Assembly: GCA_977020255.1 (NCBI GenBank)
Contig: CDROCS010002056.1
Location: forward strand, 124,001 to 188,000
DNA: 64,000 nt
From: Obrimoposthia wandeli
Taxonomy: Eukaryota
Direction of reading: 5' to 3'
The translations under genes and the position numbers were made by a program. Below the pieces are notes generated by a model that made no database searches, had not been told where the DNA came from, and saw only the letters and a list, made by a program, of their open reading frames with translations. The stretch's first letter is position 1; each line of letters starts with the position of its first letter. Positions 12,601-25,100 of the stretch are shown in pieces.

Positions 12601-15600
12601 GAATCTATATGAATATCGATAAAAAAAACGTCCGGATTTTGATTAATTAAATTTAAATATAAATTTAAAATTACCTTTGTGACTGCTGATTTTGTGATGT
12701 CCCCATGAATCTCTGATTGTTTGGTTGTCCATTATTTGGCATTTGTGCTGCATCGTATGAAGTTTTTAAGATAAAACTAAGATTTTTGTTGTTGGTATAT
12801 TAACAGAGTTGAAAATTTGCATTCACTCGCTAACTAAATATATTTACTGTTTACATTCATAATAAGAATGCATTGTGCAAAACGTATATAGATATAGAGC
12901 CGGTTTGAGGCTTAAGAAAGTCACTGGGCTAAAATAATTTTGGAACCAGTCAATACCTATCATATCTATTTTGTCTAGAAAAAAGTTATAAATGTTACGT
13001 GCTTTATTAGTGTTAAATATGAAATATTTCAACTAAAGTTTTCATGATTTTAGTACTAAATTAATTTATTTCATTAGTCATTTTCTATTTTTATACAAAA
13101 GATTTTTAGAATGTATTTTGTACTATTATCCACCAAACAAAAAAACTTAATTTCAAACTTGTCAGGTTTTAAAGGTATATATTGTTTGAAAAGGCATCTG
13201 TATTGTTCGTCAATTGTAGGATATTCGTTTGTAGCTGTTTATATATTTCTGGAATCATATTCCATTTATCCTGCTTAGTTTTGAAATCCCGAGAACTTCT
13301 TTTATCAAATCTAATATTACATGTTACTTGGGATAAACTCTCGTTTTTGATCTTCTGTCCAAATAGTGCCATTTTTATAGGTAAGATCCATCGAATCAGA
13401 TTGAACATCATCTTCCGTTTCTGATAGATTCTTCATCTTCACCACAAATACTTTCATAATTTGCTACATCACACTTGTCTGTTGTATAATTTTCACTTTA
13501 ATCACTATTATATTCTTCTTCAATTATATTCATTTAAAATTGCTTAAATATATACTAATATATAGATTATAATATATCAGAAATTACCCCTACAGGTATA
13601 TTTCTTTGCTGAGTAAAAATTAACTTATGGAATGGAATTATACTAATATAATATATATTATTTTCTAAAAGATGTTACAAATATTTAGTCTCATACATAT
13701 ATTTAGCCTCATACATATATTATTAAAACAACTACATGGTTAAAAAGAGTACAGATGGGTCGATTCAACCCAGATGTTCCTTTTAGTGTTAAGATGGCGA
13801 CTATAAAGTTTATCACTCGAAGTTGATAAAGTGAATGAAATCGTTCTGCTGCATATTTTCAGAGACATTGGCTTTACTCAAGCCATTTTTCTCTCTCTGA
13901 TCCCTTTCAATTAAAATTTTATGCAGTCTGAGCAGTAATACAAACTGGTATTCACATCGTTTTCCGAACTAAAATATTATGAATTCAGCTGTCTAATTTA
14001 TGTTAAAAGTATAAAGTAGGTTTTACATACTACTTTCATATGTCAGTAATATGATTAACTAATTTAATTTATTGTAACTAAAATCTTTCTGTATCACTGT
14101 GTTTTATTTTGTATTAATAATACATTTAAATTGTTACTCCTTCTTAAATTCATTCTATTCATATTAATATTACTGTACATTAACTCGCTAAGTTATTATA
14201 TCATACGAATTACGAGTTAACTGATTGACGTGTCAAATGATTAACGTATTTTTTTAAATTTTTGCGTGGGGATTTTATAAAATGTTAAATATTGACGAGT
14301 TATCGAAGTCTACGGTATTTTAAAAAATATATATTTGAGAAATATTATTGAAACCAAAAATTTCCTAACATTAGTCAAAGAAGTTATAAAATTATTTGAT
14401 GAAATTAAAACATGCTTTAACTTTTTAGAATCCACTGCTACCAATTATGAACATTTACTTAAAAACACACCAACTTTTAACACGTTATATACTAATTTAT
14501 TGGCATTACGTATAATCTTTTTAATGATGTTTTTCTTGAATTAGTATGTTTACATATAAAGTGTACATATAATGTTTGTTTTTAATTTTGATTTTAAATA
14601 GGCCTGAGCTCTAAAAGGTTAGAAATGGTTAATTGTAATGTTTTTTTAAAAAAGATTGTAGATATCTTATTAGAATGAGGTAGTGTTGTTGCGTAATAAA
14701 ATTCAAAATGCTTTTTTAATATAATTATTTTAATATTTTATGGTGTTCAAAATATATGTTGATACATTATGCAAATTATTAAATAATTTCAATACATTAT
14801 GAAATATTAAATTAATTTTGATATATTATAAGCTTTGTATTAGCTTTTAATCAGCTATTTAATGATATTATATATTTTCTTTAATAACTAATAGTTACAA
14901 ATTTCTTTAACCTAAATATACATATAAATCTAAGAAAAATAACAGGAGTAAAATCCAAACTGTGCACCTTTGATTATTAATACAATCAATTTTATAATAA
15001 AGTTTTGAATAAGATACCAATGAGAAATTTTGAACTAAACGACCAATTTAATTGTTAAAATGCACTCAAAAAGTAAAAATTTCAAACTAAATGATTTTGA
15101 AAGAATTTTTTGCTACAATTTTGCATATGTGTTTCATTAAAAATATGTATTATTGAGTTTATTTTGAGTATTGAATTATTATTCTTGTTTTTAGAAACAA
15201 ATATTAAAAATTTCAAAATGGTGTATGTTCAAACTAAATTTATGTTTAACCTATATCAAATCAATTTTGAAAATAAAATATATAATTTAAAATACTTCAA
15301 ACATAAAACGAGGCACAAGATTCATCGTCAATTTAATATTATTAACCCATAAAATTGAAGTGTTTTAGATTGAAGGATATCGCTGGGTTACTCCCTGTAA
15401 ATATAATAGAATATTATATATGCACATTGAAATGTTTGTAGATGTAAAATAATTTCGTATTTTTTATAATGGGAATTTACATTTCTGTGCGACACCATTC
15501 ACTAAAGATATCGTTGTTAACTAAGTCATTTAAATTATCTATGACCCATAGTTTTAGTTATTTATTTGAATGACACCAACAATTATTTTTTCAACAAACA

Positions 15601-18600
15601 AAAAGTTATGATAATTAGAAAAGACGGCGACGGCATTTAAATTTTGATGTTTATATCAACTAATACTTTACTAATATATATTGTTCTGAAATAATAAAAA
15701 AAAACATTTAGTAACTATGAAGTACTTAATTCTTTTGATATATTATGGGGTAATTAAATTTAAGTAAAAGAAAATTACTAAAAATATTAAATTATCTAGC
15801 TTTACAATGAAAATGTCCTAAAAGATTTTAAAAAACAAAAAATTTCACAATTTTTTTGTAAATTTTTTTTGAATGATCAAAATTTCAAAATTATCAAGTA
15901 ATGGAAATTATAAATTTTAGAAATCTGATAAATATCTTCTTACTCTGCTGTGTATAACTCCATTTGTAGTTAGACGAGCCTCTTCTATAGTTATTGTTTC
16001 TACCTCTATCACGTATTGGAAAACGGCGTTGATCTCTCGGGTAAAAGACACTGGAGCCACTAAACTGCTGCTGTTGTTGTTGGGGTTGAGTCTGGACAGT
16101 CCTCTGAATCAGTAAACTATCTACCATTTATGTTTTCTTCATAGGTTTGAAGAAATAAATAGTTTGCCAAAATATATTTAAATTAGATTGTTTATTATAA
16201 ATAACTTATAAATATGATCAACATGATTTTCACATTGATTCAAGTTAATATATTTTTTTATTAAACTGTGGTACCTTGATTTGGAAGTGCAAAATTAAGA
16301 AGTACACAAATACATATTTTTCAGAGCCTGACTTATTATTTAAGTAGAAAATAAGCAAATTACACTAATTAAAATTTCATAAAAAAGAAAAGTTTGCGTC
16401 ATTTTTGAAATTTGAGTTTTTGTTGTTGCAGTTTTTATATACAATTATGCTAAATTTAAAAATGCAGCTATTTTATTCACAAATAGATGGAGTTTATATT
16501 TCTTCTACTTTTTAGTATTTCTTTAGCATCTGGGACGTGTACAAATTATGCAAATATATCCTCAGGTAAAGAGTCTGGTGCTTTTTGCTCTTTAAAAAAG
16601 AAACGTGTTGAAAGTCTCCGTCAATGGAGCAACAAAACAAAAGAATGTCTAGCATTTAGTACTCCAATAATCTGGAGAGAAGAATGTTATTCAACTACGG
16701 ACTGTTACTTCTGTATGAGAAGTCTCATGTTATTATTTCAAAATAATTTTAAACATTTTATGAGTAATTACGAATTCATAAAAAAATCTTATTCCTATTT
16801 TCACAACTAATCAAGTGATCAAAGATAGAAGACTTCATGGCCATCCTCGCGTACCAATGACAATCTTTAAAAGTAAGATATGGGAAGAACTTTATCCTCA
16901 CATAGTTTTCAAAAATGTTGCCAATTATGCTAAATTTAAAAATGCAGCTATTTTATTCACAAATAGATGGAGTTTATATTTCTTCTACTTTTTAGTATTT
17001 CTTTAGCATCTGGGACGTGTACAAATTATGCAAATATATCCTCAGGTAAAGAGTCTGGTGCTTTTTAAAAAAGAAACGTGTTGAAAGTCTCCGTCAATGG
17101 AGCAACAAAACAAAAGAATGTCTAGCATTTAGTACTCCAATAATCTGGAGAGAAGAATGTTATTCAACTACGGACTGTTACTTCTGTATGAGAAGTCTCA
17201 TGTTATTATTTCAAAATAATTTTAAACATTTTATGAGTAATTACGAATTCATAAAAAAATCTTATTCCTATTTTCACAACTAATCAAGTGATCAAAGATA
17301 GAAGACTTCATGGCCATCCTCGCGTACCAATGACAATCTTTAAAAGTAAGATATGGGAAGAACTTTATCCTCACATAGTTTTCAAAAATGTTGCAGTTTT
17401 TATATACAATTATGCTAAATTTAAAAATGCAGCTATTTTATTCACAAATAGATGGAGTTTATATTTCTTCTACTTTTTAGTATTTCTTTAGCATCTGGGA
17501 CGTGTACAAATTATGCAAATATATCCTCAGGTAAAGAGTCTGGTGCTTTTTGCTCTTTAAAAAAGAAACGTGTTGAAAGTCTCCGTCAATGGAGCAACAA
17601 AACAAAAGAATGTCTAGCATTTAGTACTCCAATAATCTGGAGAGAAGAATGTTATTCAACTACGGACTGTTACTTCTGTATGAGAAGTCTCATGTTATTA
17701 TTTCAAAATAATTTTAAACATTTTATGAGTAATTACGAATTCATAAAAAAATCTTATTCCTATTTTCACAACTAATCAAGTGATCAAAGATAGAAGACTT
17801 CATGGCCATCCTCGCGTACCAATGACAATCTTTAAAAGTAAGATATGGGAAGAACTTTATCCTCACATAGTTTTCAAATAATTTCAGAAATGCACCCACG
17901 AAATTTCACTCAACACACATGTACGGTTTTAAAGGACAGTGATAGCCCCCCTCACGAGTGCAAATGACGACACAGAGGACTATCTTTTTGAGAGATTATA
18001 ACAGCGATAAGGTGACGATTACGACAAATAGGTAATTACTAATATATGTCCACACTGCAACTTGTATGGGCCAAACATTTCGGAATGGTAGAGAACTTTT
18101 ATAGGCTATCCTGAAAAGTATGTTTTATATAATGTTAATTTTTTCGATTTTAAAGAAAATACCAAGATTAAAAATTTTGCAAAAAGAAGCATACAATCAA
18201 ATATAACAATGATTACTTTATGTAAGCAGATTTCGAAATTACTCTGTTTATAGATATTTTTTGTTATTTTCGAAATATATCAGGTATTATGGATCCATGC
18301 ATATTTACAGTATTGTTTGTATTAAACCCATTTTAAATGTAAAAAAGATATAGTTTTCGTAGGAAAGTTAAATGTTATGTTATGCAATAATGATGATGAT
18401 GACGATGATATTTGTGATTATGACGGTGATATTTATAGCAGAGCCTGAAATACAGATGAAAAATGATATTTTGTTAACGAATAATAGGAATTGATGTTGA
18501 ATGATTTACGATTATCGAAAGTGAAATAAATAATCAATTCTACAAGTCTTCTTGTCTAATCATCTCATATTCCCTCAAACAAGATCGGCGTAATATATTA

Positions 18601-20297
18601 AATGGAGATCAGGGACAAATATATCAAATGTATGCAATATCATTATTATTTATTTGAGATTCACTTACTAATCATGCGAATAATACATTAATCTAAATGA
18701 ACCAACGTTAATATTTGTTAGTTCAAAGTCTATTAAAACTGATTTACATCAATTTCCTTATTCAATTTAAAAGTCTAAAATTAAAAAAAAAATTAACTAT
18801 GAAGTATTTAATCATTTTTATACATTATTGGGTAATTCAATTTACATTTTAGTAAAAGAAAATTGTTAAGCAAATTAAATTAACTAACTTTGAAATGGAA
18901 ATGCATTAAAATATTTTAATAACAAAAAATTCACAAGCATTTATTATATTGGTTATAATTTTAACTCGAAAAAAGAAATAAATAAGTATATATATATGTT
19001 AAAATAATTGATATGGAAGCAATAATTTTAATATAATACAAGGGAAGTTATCGAAGTGGAATACATAAATCTTCTTCATATTTAAAATTTTCTAAAAACT
19101 AATTGTCCGAATAATTTTAAAATATTAACTCCCCAAAAGCAATATTAAAAATATAAATAAAATTAAAAAAGTATGTAACATTGTTTAAATGCTAGGAGTG
19201 TCATAAATTTATGTATTTAAAAATAATGTTAAAATGAAAATAAATCTACTTAATAAAGTTATTTTGATGTTAATTAAAGTCAAGTTGAAATAATTATAAA
19301 GAAATACTTATTGGATAATTAAAATTGATAATTAATTGAAGTCTTAAAAATGGGGTTTCATTTGTTATAATTTTAACTTGAATAAGTATATAAATACATT
19401 TTAAAATATTGGATAGGTGAACAAAAATTTAACCAACCAAATTATTATAAAATAGAAAAGTAAATTTTAATATTTTATAAAAATCTTTTGTCCACGTTCA
19501 ATAATTTTCCATATCAGTTGGAAACAACAACAAAAACGATGTGCCGATACAAACTCAACTGAACCGATTTATTACAAGCGTTATAGTTAAACATATTACG
19601 TATTTTGAACGATGCCTACCCTACAACACACATAACATTGAAGCTGATAGCTGTATCTTGTTAGATATTCAGAAATATATTCAGAACATGAAGATGGTTA
19701 ACAAATTAATTAATCCATCGTAGGATAAAGAGTCCCAACACTCCTTAATTTTATGGAAATTTATAGCCCAATAATCAAGCTAACAAATATATTAAACATG
19801 TTTGTAATCATTGAAAGATAAATGTTTTTATTTATTTCAGATAAACAACTCAACAAAGAGCTATTATCATATCTCCTTAATTTTATGGAAATTTATAGCC
19901 CAATAATCAAGCTAACAAATATATTAAACATGTTTGTAATCATTGAAAGCAATAATTTGTAATCACTCTTAATTTGAAAAATAAATAATATTATTCTGTG
20001 TCATGAAATTACTGAAATTTACTTTATCATTCCTCATTTGTAAACAAAATTTATTAACAAATGTGTACAGCGCGTCTCGTAGTGAAAAAAATAATTAATT
20101 ACGCACTGAACCGCCACGATAACCCGACTGCCAATTTGGGAATCGTTGTGATTGCTGCCTTCGTCCTGGATTGTCGTATTTATGAATGTTATCAGCACCA
20201 GCTTCAGAAGCTACTTTGGAGACGGGGTACATGTTGCGGTTGTAGAATGTTCTGCTTCCAAGGCGGCCTGGCTTGAACCGAAACTCATTTCTTCTAG
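3686..20297 (-). CDS. Host gene, Q/N/R/G-rich uncharacterised protein (partial model; exons ~20297-20103, ~16120 or 16103-15944, 12747-12675, 3794-3686)
   Basis: GC-richer open segments flanked by AG/GT; phases join 1-1-2 if the 16120 and 12747 acceptors are used; last exon RNYSTKSEANLYFYVPPEDDYEEMEYLDESENLRMW-TAA; the acceptor of the 16 kb exon is ambiguous and the 5' end was not found. Confidence 0.5.
5528..5885 (+). pseudogene. Maverick DnaQ-like exonuclease relic
   Basis: MQEYNIDFD..NGDYIIKE*CIMDI..HFIFH..TNLYLTNYFHLFKW..IFYVLD aligns by eye to ORF 41653-42162 (IDFEAF..FVIKELCIID..HYVF..NRYLIKHYHRL..IFYVLD); frameshifted. Confidence 0.55.
6030..6370 (+). pseudogene. Probable N-terminal relic of Maverick pPolB
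   Basis: Follows an ATTGG + TATATAAG promoter-like motif (~5924-5947); encodes IQLGGGL and VKVQFSATVQFK; assignment is by context. Confidence 0.35.
6389..6913 (-). pseudogene. Maverick major capsid protein, N-terminal fragment
   Basis: MSCAKTELCIFDKP..QVVVD.ASFEEIF..LEFNINGSN.YLDLND, closely matching 43831-42602; truncated. Confidence 0.85.
6910..7265 (-). pseudogene. C-terminal part of the Maverick gene that precedes MCP (QxGG/QxGxG basic amphipathic protein), fused by deletion to integrase
   Basis: YCQSQQGG..KQYGYGWLRTLGRF..LGKYYL..KRMKVEGTIFAK; last residues match KRLKLGGTIFK preceding MCP in copy B. Confidence 0.5.
7290..8020 (-). pseudogene. Maverick retroviral-like integrase, frameshifted and truncated
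   Basis: MEKIWF..WQMDLMEM..TCIDVFSRFA..QTDLGKEF..VEIFNRTL; homologous to 44373-45401. Confidence 0.9.
8102..8413 (-). CDS. Maverick small basic protein with C-terminal QNGG-FIG amphipathic helix (PW/cupiennin-like)
   Basis: Homologous to 45499-45921 (SIPYFQAL/SIAYFNSL; QNGGFIG/QSGGFLG). Confidence 0.65.
   Translation of the reverse strand: MKKIQRSIPYFQALVKASSHKRMSILKAFPSFVVDHLFEVLYNIVLGRIKIGKRKNVLKKYRKTLLDIANVKSKKRKRNIILNQNGGFIGAVISVASIISSII
8589..8905 (-). pseudogene. Maverick A32/FtsK-like packaging ATPase, C-terminal relic
   Basis: TVIFITQNLFHQ..NVHYLVLFKNPRDQT..HGYIFIDFTQ, with an internal stop. Confidence 0.85.
9060..9155 (+). mobile_element. End of an LTR plus primer-binding site
   Basis: ..GATGAAACA followed by TGGTAGCAGAGCGT (9142-9155), an initiator-tRNA-Met-like PBS resembling that at 52825. 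Confidence 0.5.
9301..9399 (+). pseudogene. Fragment resembling the FCCH domain of ubiquitin-activating enzyme E1 (UBA1-like)
   Basis: ENSLVKCPDKTIHGFEDGDVVRFNEVKG versus recalled UBA1 [26 protein letters not shown]; only ~30 aa. Confidence 0.55.
9400..12005 (+). mobile_element. Degenerate BEL/Pao LTR retrotransposon 5' portion (putative LTR, gag, protease)
   Basis: DUF1759-like gag (YENWRAIF..LHLLQYV..LSLRYG, 10888-11241), triple Zn knuckle (CLRCKKEH..CRNCLRNNH..C..C..HH, 11504-11809), protease-like VVNALLDDVNTRSYIS (11819-12004); LTR limits uncertain (TG at 9400). Confidence 0.85.
12120..12335. mobile_element. Isolated right-hand Maverick TIR (copy D)
   Basis: Last 33 nt are identical to the copy B terminus (..CTTTGTTCCAGAAGTGCCACATCTACCTACT); shares the GTCCTGAAAGAC hairpin (12158-12215); extra 14-bp-stem hairpin at 12126-12155. 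Confidence 0.85.
13158..13792 (-). mobile_element. Degenerate piggyBac transposon fragment
   Basis: RFDKRSSRDF..DK and TIDEQ.RCLFKQYIPLKPDK motifs; TTAA-CAC terminus at 13792-13786 with GGGTTGAATCGACCC subterminal palindrome. Confidence 0.65.
16424..17878 (+). repeat. Near-identical tandem triplication of a ~492-bp unit derived from a Chapaev3-like transposase N-terminus
   Basis: Units 16424-16915, 16916-17388 (12- and 7-nt deletions), 17389-17878; encode ESLRQWS..LAFSTPIIWREE..DCYFC. Confidence 0.9.
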
Positions 20298-22114
20298 CTA
20301 AGAGTGCAAAAGTCAAAAGCATTATTTACACCCAAAATATGATTTTGATAGATCAATAGTTATCAATAACCAAAAATTAATCAAATTTCGTTGTCTGCCC
20401 TTATTTTATGTGGCGAAACACATTGATTTTAATTACTAGATCGTATTTTGAAGAGTGTAGGAAAATGAAATAAAATCAATCGTTATCAGACGTTTCGTAT
20501 TCAACTTTTATTAACCAATCGCTTTTTTCCTCCAACAAATACCCAACAGCATTCCATGAACGATTCGACAGAAAAGTATACAACTCTTCGACTATAACAG
20601 ACTTTTCGGTATGATGAAAATAAAGTCCATGAATATGTTCCACTCTAAATTATTTAGCTGTTAAGGATAATCTCCAAACTACAACGTTAAAGCCGAAGTT
20701 AGTTCTAAAACTGGAGACTAAATTCGTAATGACGCTGAGGAAAGTGGAATATGATTTTTCTTTTTCACCTCCTTTCAGAAATACGGCGTATGCATCATTA
20801 ATTATGCTTCAACGGTATTTTGAAGCAATGGAATTAAGTGACTAAAACTATTTTTGCTAAATTAAGTATGATTGACAGCGATATTCAAGATTTTGCTTTA
20901 CTCATCCTGAAATCACTGAATATTCTTTAATTTAATGTAGTTAAAATATTTTATTTAAATTTCATTGTACAATCACTATAGCGAACATTTGAAATCCATT
21001 ATAAAGAGCTTTTACTTTATATACCATCAACTATTACTTTTATTAACATAATACAGAATATACTTTTTGGAATACGTTTGTTTTCATGCTTAACGTTTTC
21101 ATTATTAGTTTAATTTGAAATTATCCTGATTATATCTTTCCCAGGGTGCAGATTAGATGTGACAAACTGTGCTCTGTTTTCCACCGTCTTTATAGAAAAC
21201 AAATCATTATAGTTCAAATGTAGAAAATATTAAAGAGTTTTAGAGCTGGAGGTCATTTGACACAATCAGGGACTACTGAATATTTTTAATTAACTTATAT
21301 TTATCATAATAATATTATCTATTTACTTTGAACATTAATAGTTACTTACGAAATGTGTTTCTAATCCAGTCTGTCGATTGGTGATACGAATTCATCTTCT
21401 ATAAATATAAATTGTAAAAATATGTATAAAATATAACTTTTTCCTTCTTTTCTTTTTCAATCATGGTAAATCTACATATATATATATATATTACATTATT
21501 TTATGCTTAAGTATACAAACCTCTCATTTAACGTAATATTTGACCCCGATGACAAATAAAATTTAAAATACATTTTATTTTGGAAATTAAGATTTTTTTT
21601 AAATGCGATTTTTGTTGAATTGTAATGTTTGACTGTTGAACTAGAAATAATTTAATTTTTTTTCTCCGTTTAAAATATGTTTGAATTTTGAAATAAAATG
21701 ATTTTAAACTGAAAGATTTAAACAAGAAGACTTTTTAATATAAGTTAAGTGATTATTATTAATTTTGAAATAAATTAATGCGTTTATTAATTTTGAACAA
21801 AATTATGTAAGCTAAAAACAAAAATGTACAAAACAATTTGTGTCAAAAATATTTGAAAAACATTTACCAGTCAGACAAACTTTAGATATTTGAACATTTT
21901 AACGCATGGTAACAAATTAACTTGATTAAAGCTGATACACAATATATTGTGAACTGATGCAACAAGAAGATTCAAACCAAGACTTCAATTAATATAATCG
22001 TATTACTCTTATATCATACCGATTTTTCCATTGGTTGACAGGTGTTAAATGCTGTTCATTTCTTATAAAATATGTTATGACAATAATTGCTATTGTGGTC
22101 GAATATAGTCAATA

Positions 22115-25100
22115 ATGTCTGACTTGAAATCATCATGGAACGGAATGGACTTTTATCATTCTTCTCGAATTTCTTCTGCATCAAGTGAATCTGATCATAG
22201 TTTGGATACCAGTCGATCTAGAAATTCAAATTTAGGTAGAAACATTTTTATGTACATTTAAAGAAAATTATTAAGAAAAATAAAATTATAAATACCTTTT
22301 TCAAGTTATAAGCATAAATAATTTTTAAACTAGAGTCAATATTTTGAGGCCTTTTTAAATTTTTAACAATGAAATATTTTTTATAACATTTTATAGACTT
22401 TCAAGAATTAGTCAATTTTACTTTTTAATATAATGTTAAAATGTAAGATTTTGTTTGATTCGACAGTAAAGTAAAAGCACGACCAGAGACAAAGTTTTTC
22501 TTCCACTATTCATGATTTATATAATATATCAGTAAAATTATAATCTATACCAAAATACTAACTTATTTATGTGGCTTGTAAACGATAAAAATTAGACAAA
22601 TACATTTTATTAAAGTAGTAAGGTATTATTGTTGATATTTCAAAAGTGAATTTTACTATTGGAAAAAATTATGCAGTATGGGATTCTAAACTTTTTTTAA
22701 TGACTTCTAAAAATCTTGCAAATTCCATATTATAAATCACCTATTTACAAATACTTACTTTGTTAGGTTATTGATTAATTAAATAAAACCTCATACAACT
22801 GTTAACAGGATAAAATATCCTTGAAAATTTGCTCAGGATATTTGTAAAAACGATCATGTTTATTATGAAGCAAATGTTAACCGATGAAAGATATTTTAGT
22901 TTATATTCATTATTTTTACAACCGTAAGTAAGTGAAAAGGATTATTTTTAATTATGTATTTCAAAAGTACTATGTGAATTACATTTATAAACAGTATTAT
23001 AGCAATTTCAAAGAATAATTTATAATATATTAAATAATTTATTTTTAGCGTTAGAGTTAAATTTAAAATAACATTAAAATAATAAATATTTAAATAACTA
23101 TCCTTAAAAAATTTAAAACAAATAAATAACAATTACTTAAGTTATGCATAAAGTTTATACCAAAATACTTATTAAAATGTTATGTAGTTCCCTACAATAA
23201 AGAATAATAATTTTAAAATATTAATTTATTTTATGTAAAATTCACCTTTTTACGAATAATTTTTTAAAGAAAGACCTTACCTCAAAATCTGAACTACACA
23301 TAAATTAGTAATGAAATATAGATTTATTCCATGTATGCTCGAAAGTTTTTCAACTTTCGTATTAAGAAAGATCCACAAAAATGTGATTTTTGTTAATTAA
23401 AATGTTAATTAATTAAACTTTAAAGAAGAACATCATTTAAAAGTATAAATTATTTTCTATTGAAAAATGTACGGCTCATCAAGATCGCATCTTTGGGTAT
23501 AAAAGTTCTATAGTATAAGAAGTACATAAAACTTTGCAATACTAACAGCCAGACACACCTATTAACGTAGGTCCCGATAGAATTTATGTGCGCAAATTAT
23601 CTTTATATTCAAACCCTATTTAGATAAAACTAATCTAAATCTAAAGCCCTGACAGGAAGACTCGGGCATTACATCGGAATAGAAAAGATATAAAAAACTT
23701 GACTTTTGGGAAATTAAATCATAATAAATTTACTGTGACAACGTGACTGACCTCCTCCTACGAATATTACAGGTCCTTATTTATTTTTATTTTATTTCTG
23801 TTTTAAATTTTGAAGTGTTCATCATCGCCGTCGTCACTTTTTTATGTTAAAGTTTTAAAATATTAAAATATTTTTAATGAACTCCCACAATTGTTGGCCC
23901 CTGTCATTTGTATTATACTGTTATTATTCACCAGTTTTGATGACATTAATAAAGTAATATTTAAAATGTTGATTATTTTTCTTTAAGCCCTATACTAGAA
24001 AACAAATTTTCGTAATAAAATGACTGAAAAAAAGTGTTAATTATTCTTTTATTCACTATAACAAAAATCTTTTTACAATATTCTTCAAATTGCAAAACTT
24101 TCAACACTATTACAAAATCACAAATCTTCATTACACACTTCAAGAATCTCATCATGTCTGGTCTGTTATTCATACACCCATGTGCATACAAATAAAGCAC
24201 TAAAGTACATTAATCTGCATAGGCTTCTCATTAGACCATTTAAATTAATTGCTGATTAAGCATATTTGCTTAAAAACTCACCAAGCTATCAACTAAGCAA
24301 AAAAACTGTCAGACTCAAACCCTTGCGTTACCAATTTCAAACCACAATAAAACAGTTCATCTATCACGATCAATTGGTCTTATCATATCCTTCTCTTCCA
24401 CAAACACTTTATCTTTTCTGGTGAAACCATCTTCATCAAAACATAGCTAGATAATTCTTCCTAACGGTCATTATCCATATTATTTCTTTTATCCAGAATC
24501 ATTATTTTATAATTAAATTTCAATTTGCTCCTTCTCCTTCAACACATTGTTTTATTTAAATTGATCCCTATTTACTTGAATCATGCAATACATTTTTCTA
24601 TTTTAAGTTATATTTTTTAAAATGAACACCCGCATAACAAGGTTTACTTTTTATATTTCCAGAATATAGTTAACCTGTTTAAGATTTGCATTTGAAACTA
24701 GATACCTTTCAACTTTGAAACTACAAAGGGTAGGCCTTCCATACATGTCCTATACCTTTAAGAACTCACGAACTAGAGGCTTCTTTAAAAAGTGATACAC
24801 TCTCGTCTTAAATATTCTTTTATTCATTATCATCAAAACTTAGATAAATCAAAAACAATAAAATTACACAACTACTTCAATCAAACTTGTCTGGTTATTA
24901 TATAGCTTAGAAAACAAAAGCTACTTAAAGTGTATTATGATTTGTCAACCTCTCATTAGCCAGTTTGAATTCATTGCTGATTAATTGGAATACTGATTAT
25001 AGCTTAGTGTAAATGTATGTCAATAATTCCGATTCTTCAAAATTAATTTTTTATCACAGGACTTAGTGGAGTACAAATATTAAAAAAGGGAAAATTTTAA

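Noticed and set aside
16424-17878. CRISPR-like array or a real secreted-protein gene family (identical 107-aa ORFs with hydrophobic N-terminus)
   Set aside because: No repeat-spacer structure; eukaryotic intron context; the ORFs are chimeric readings of a decayed transposase fragment
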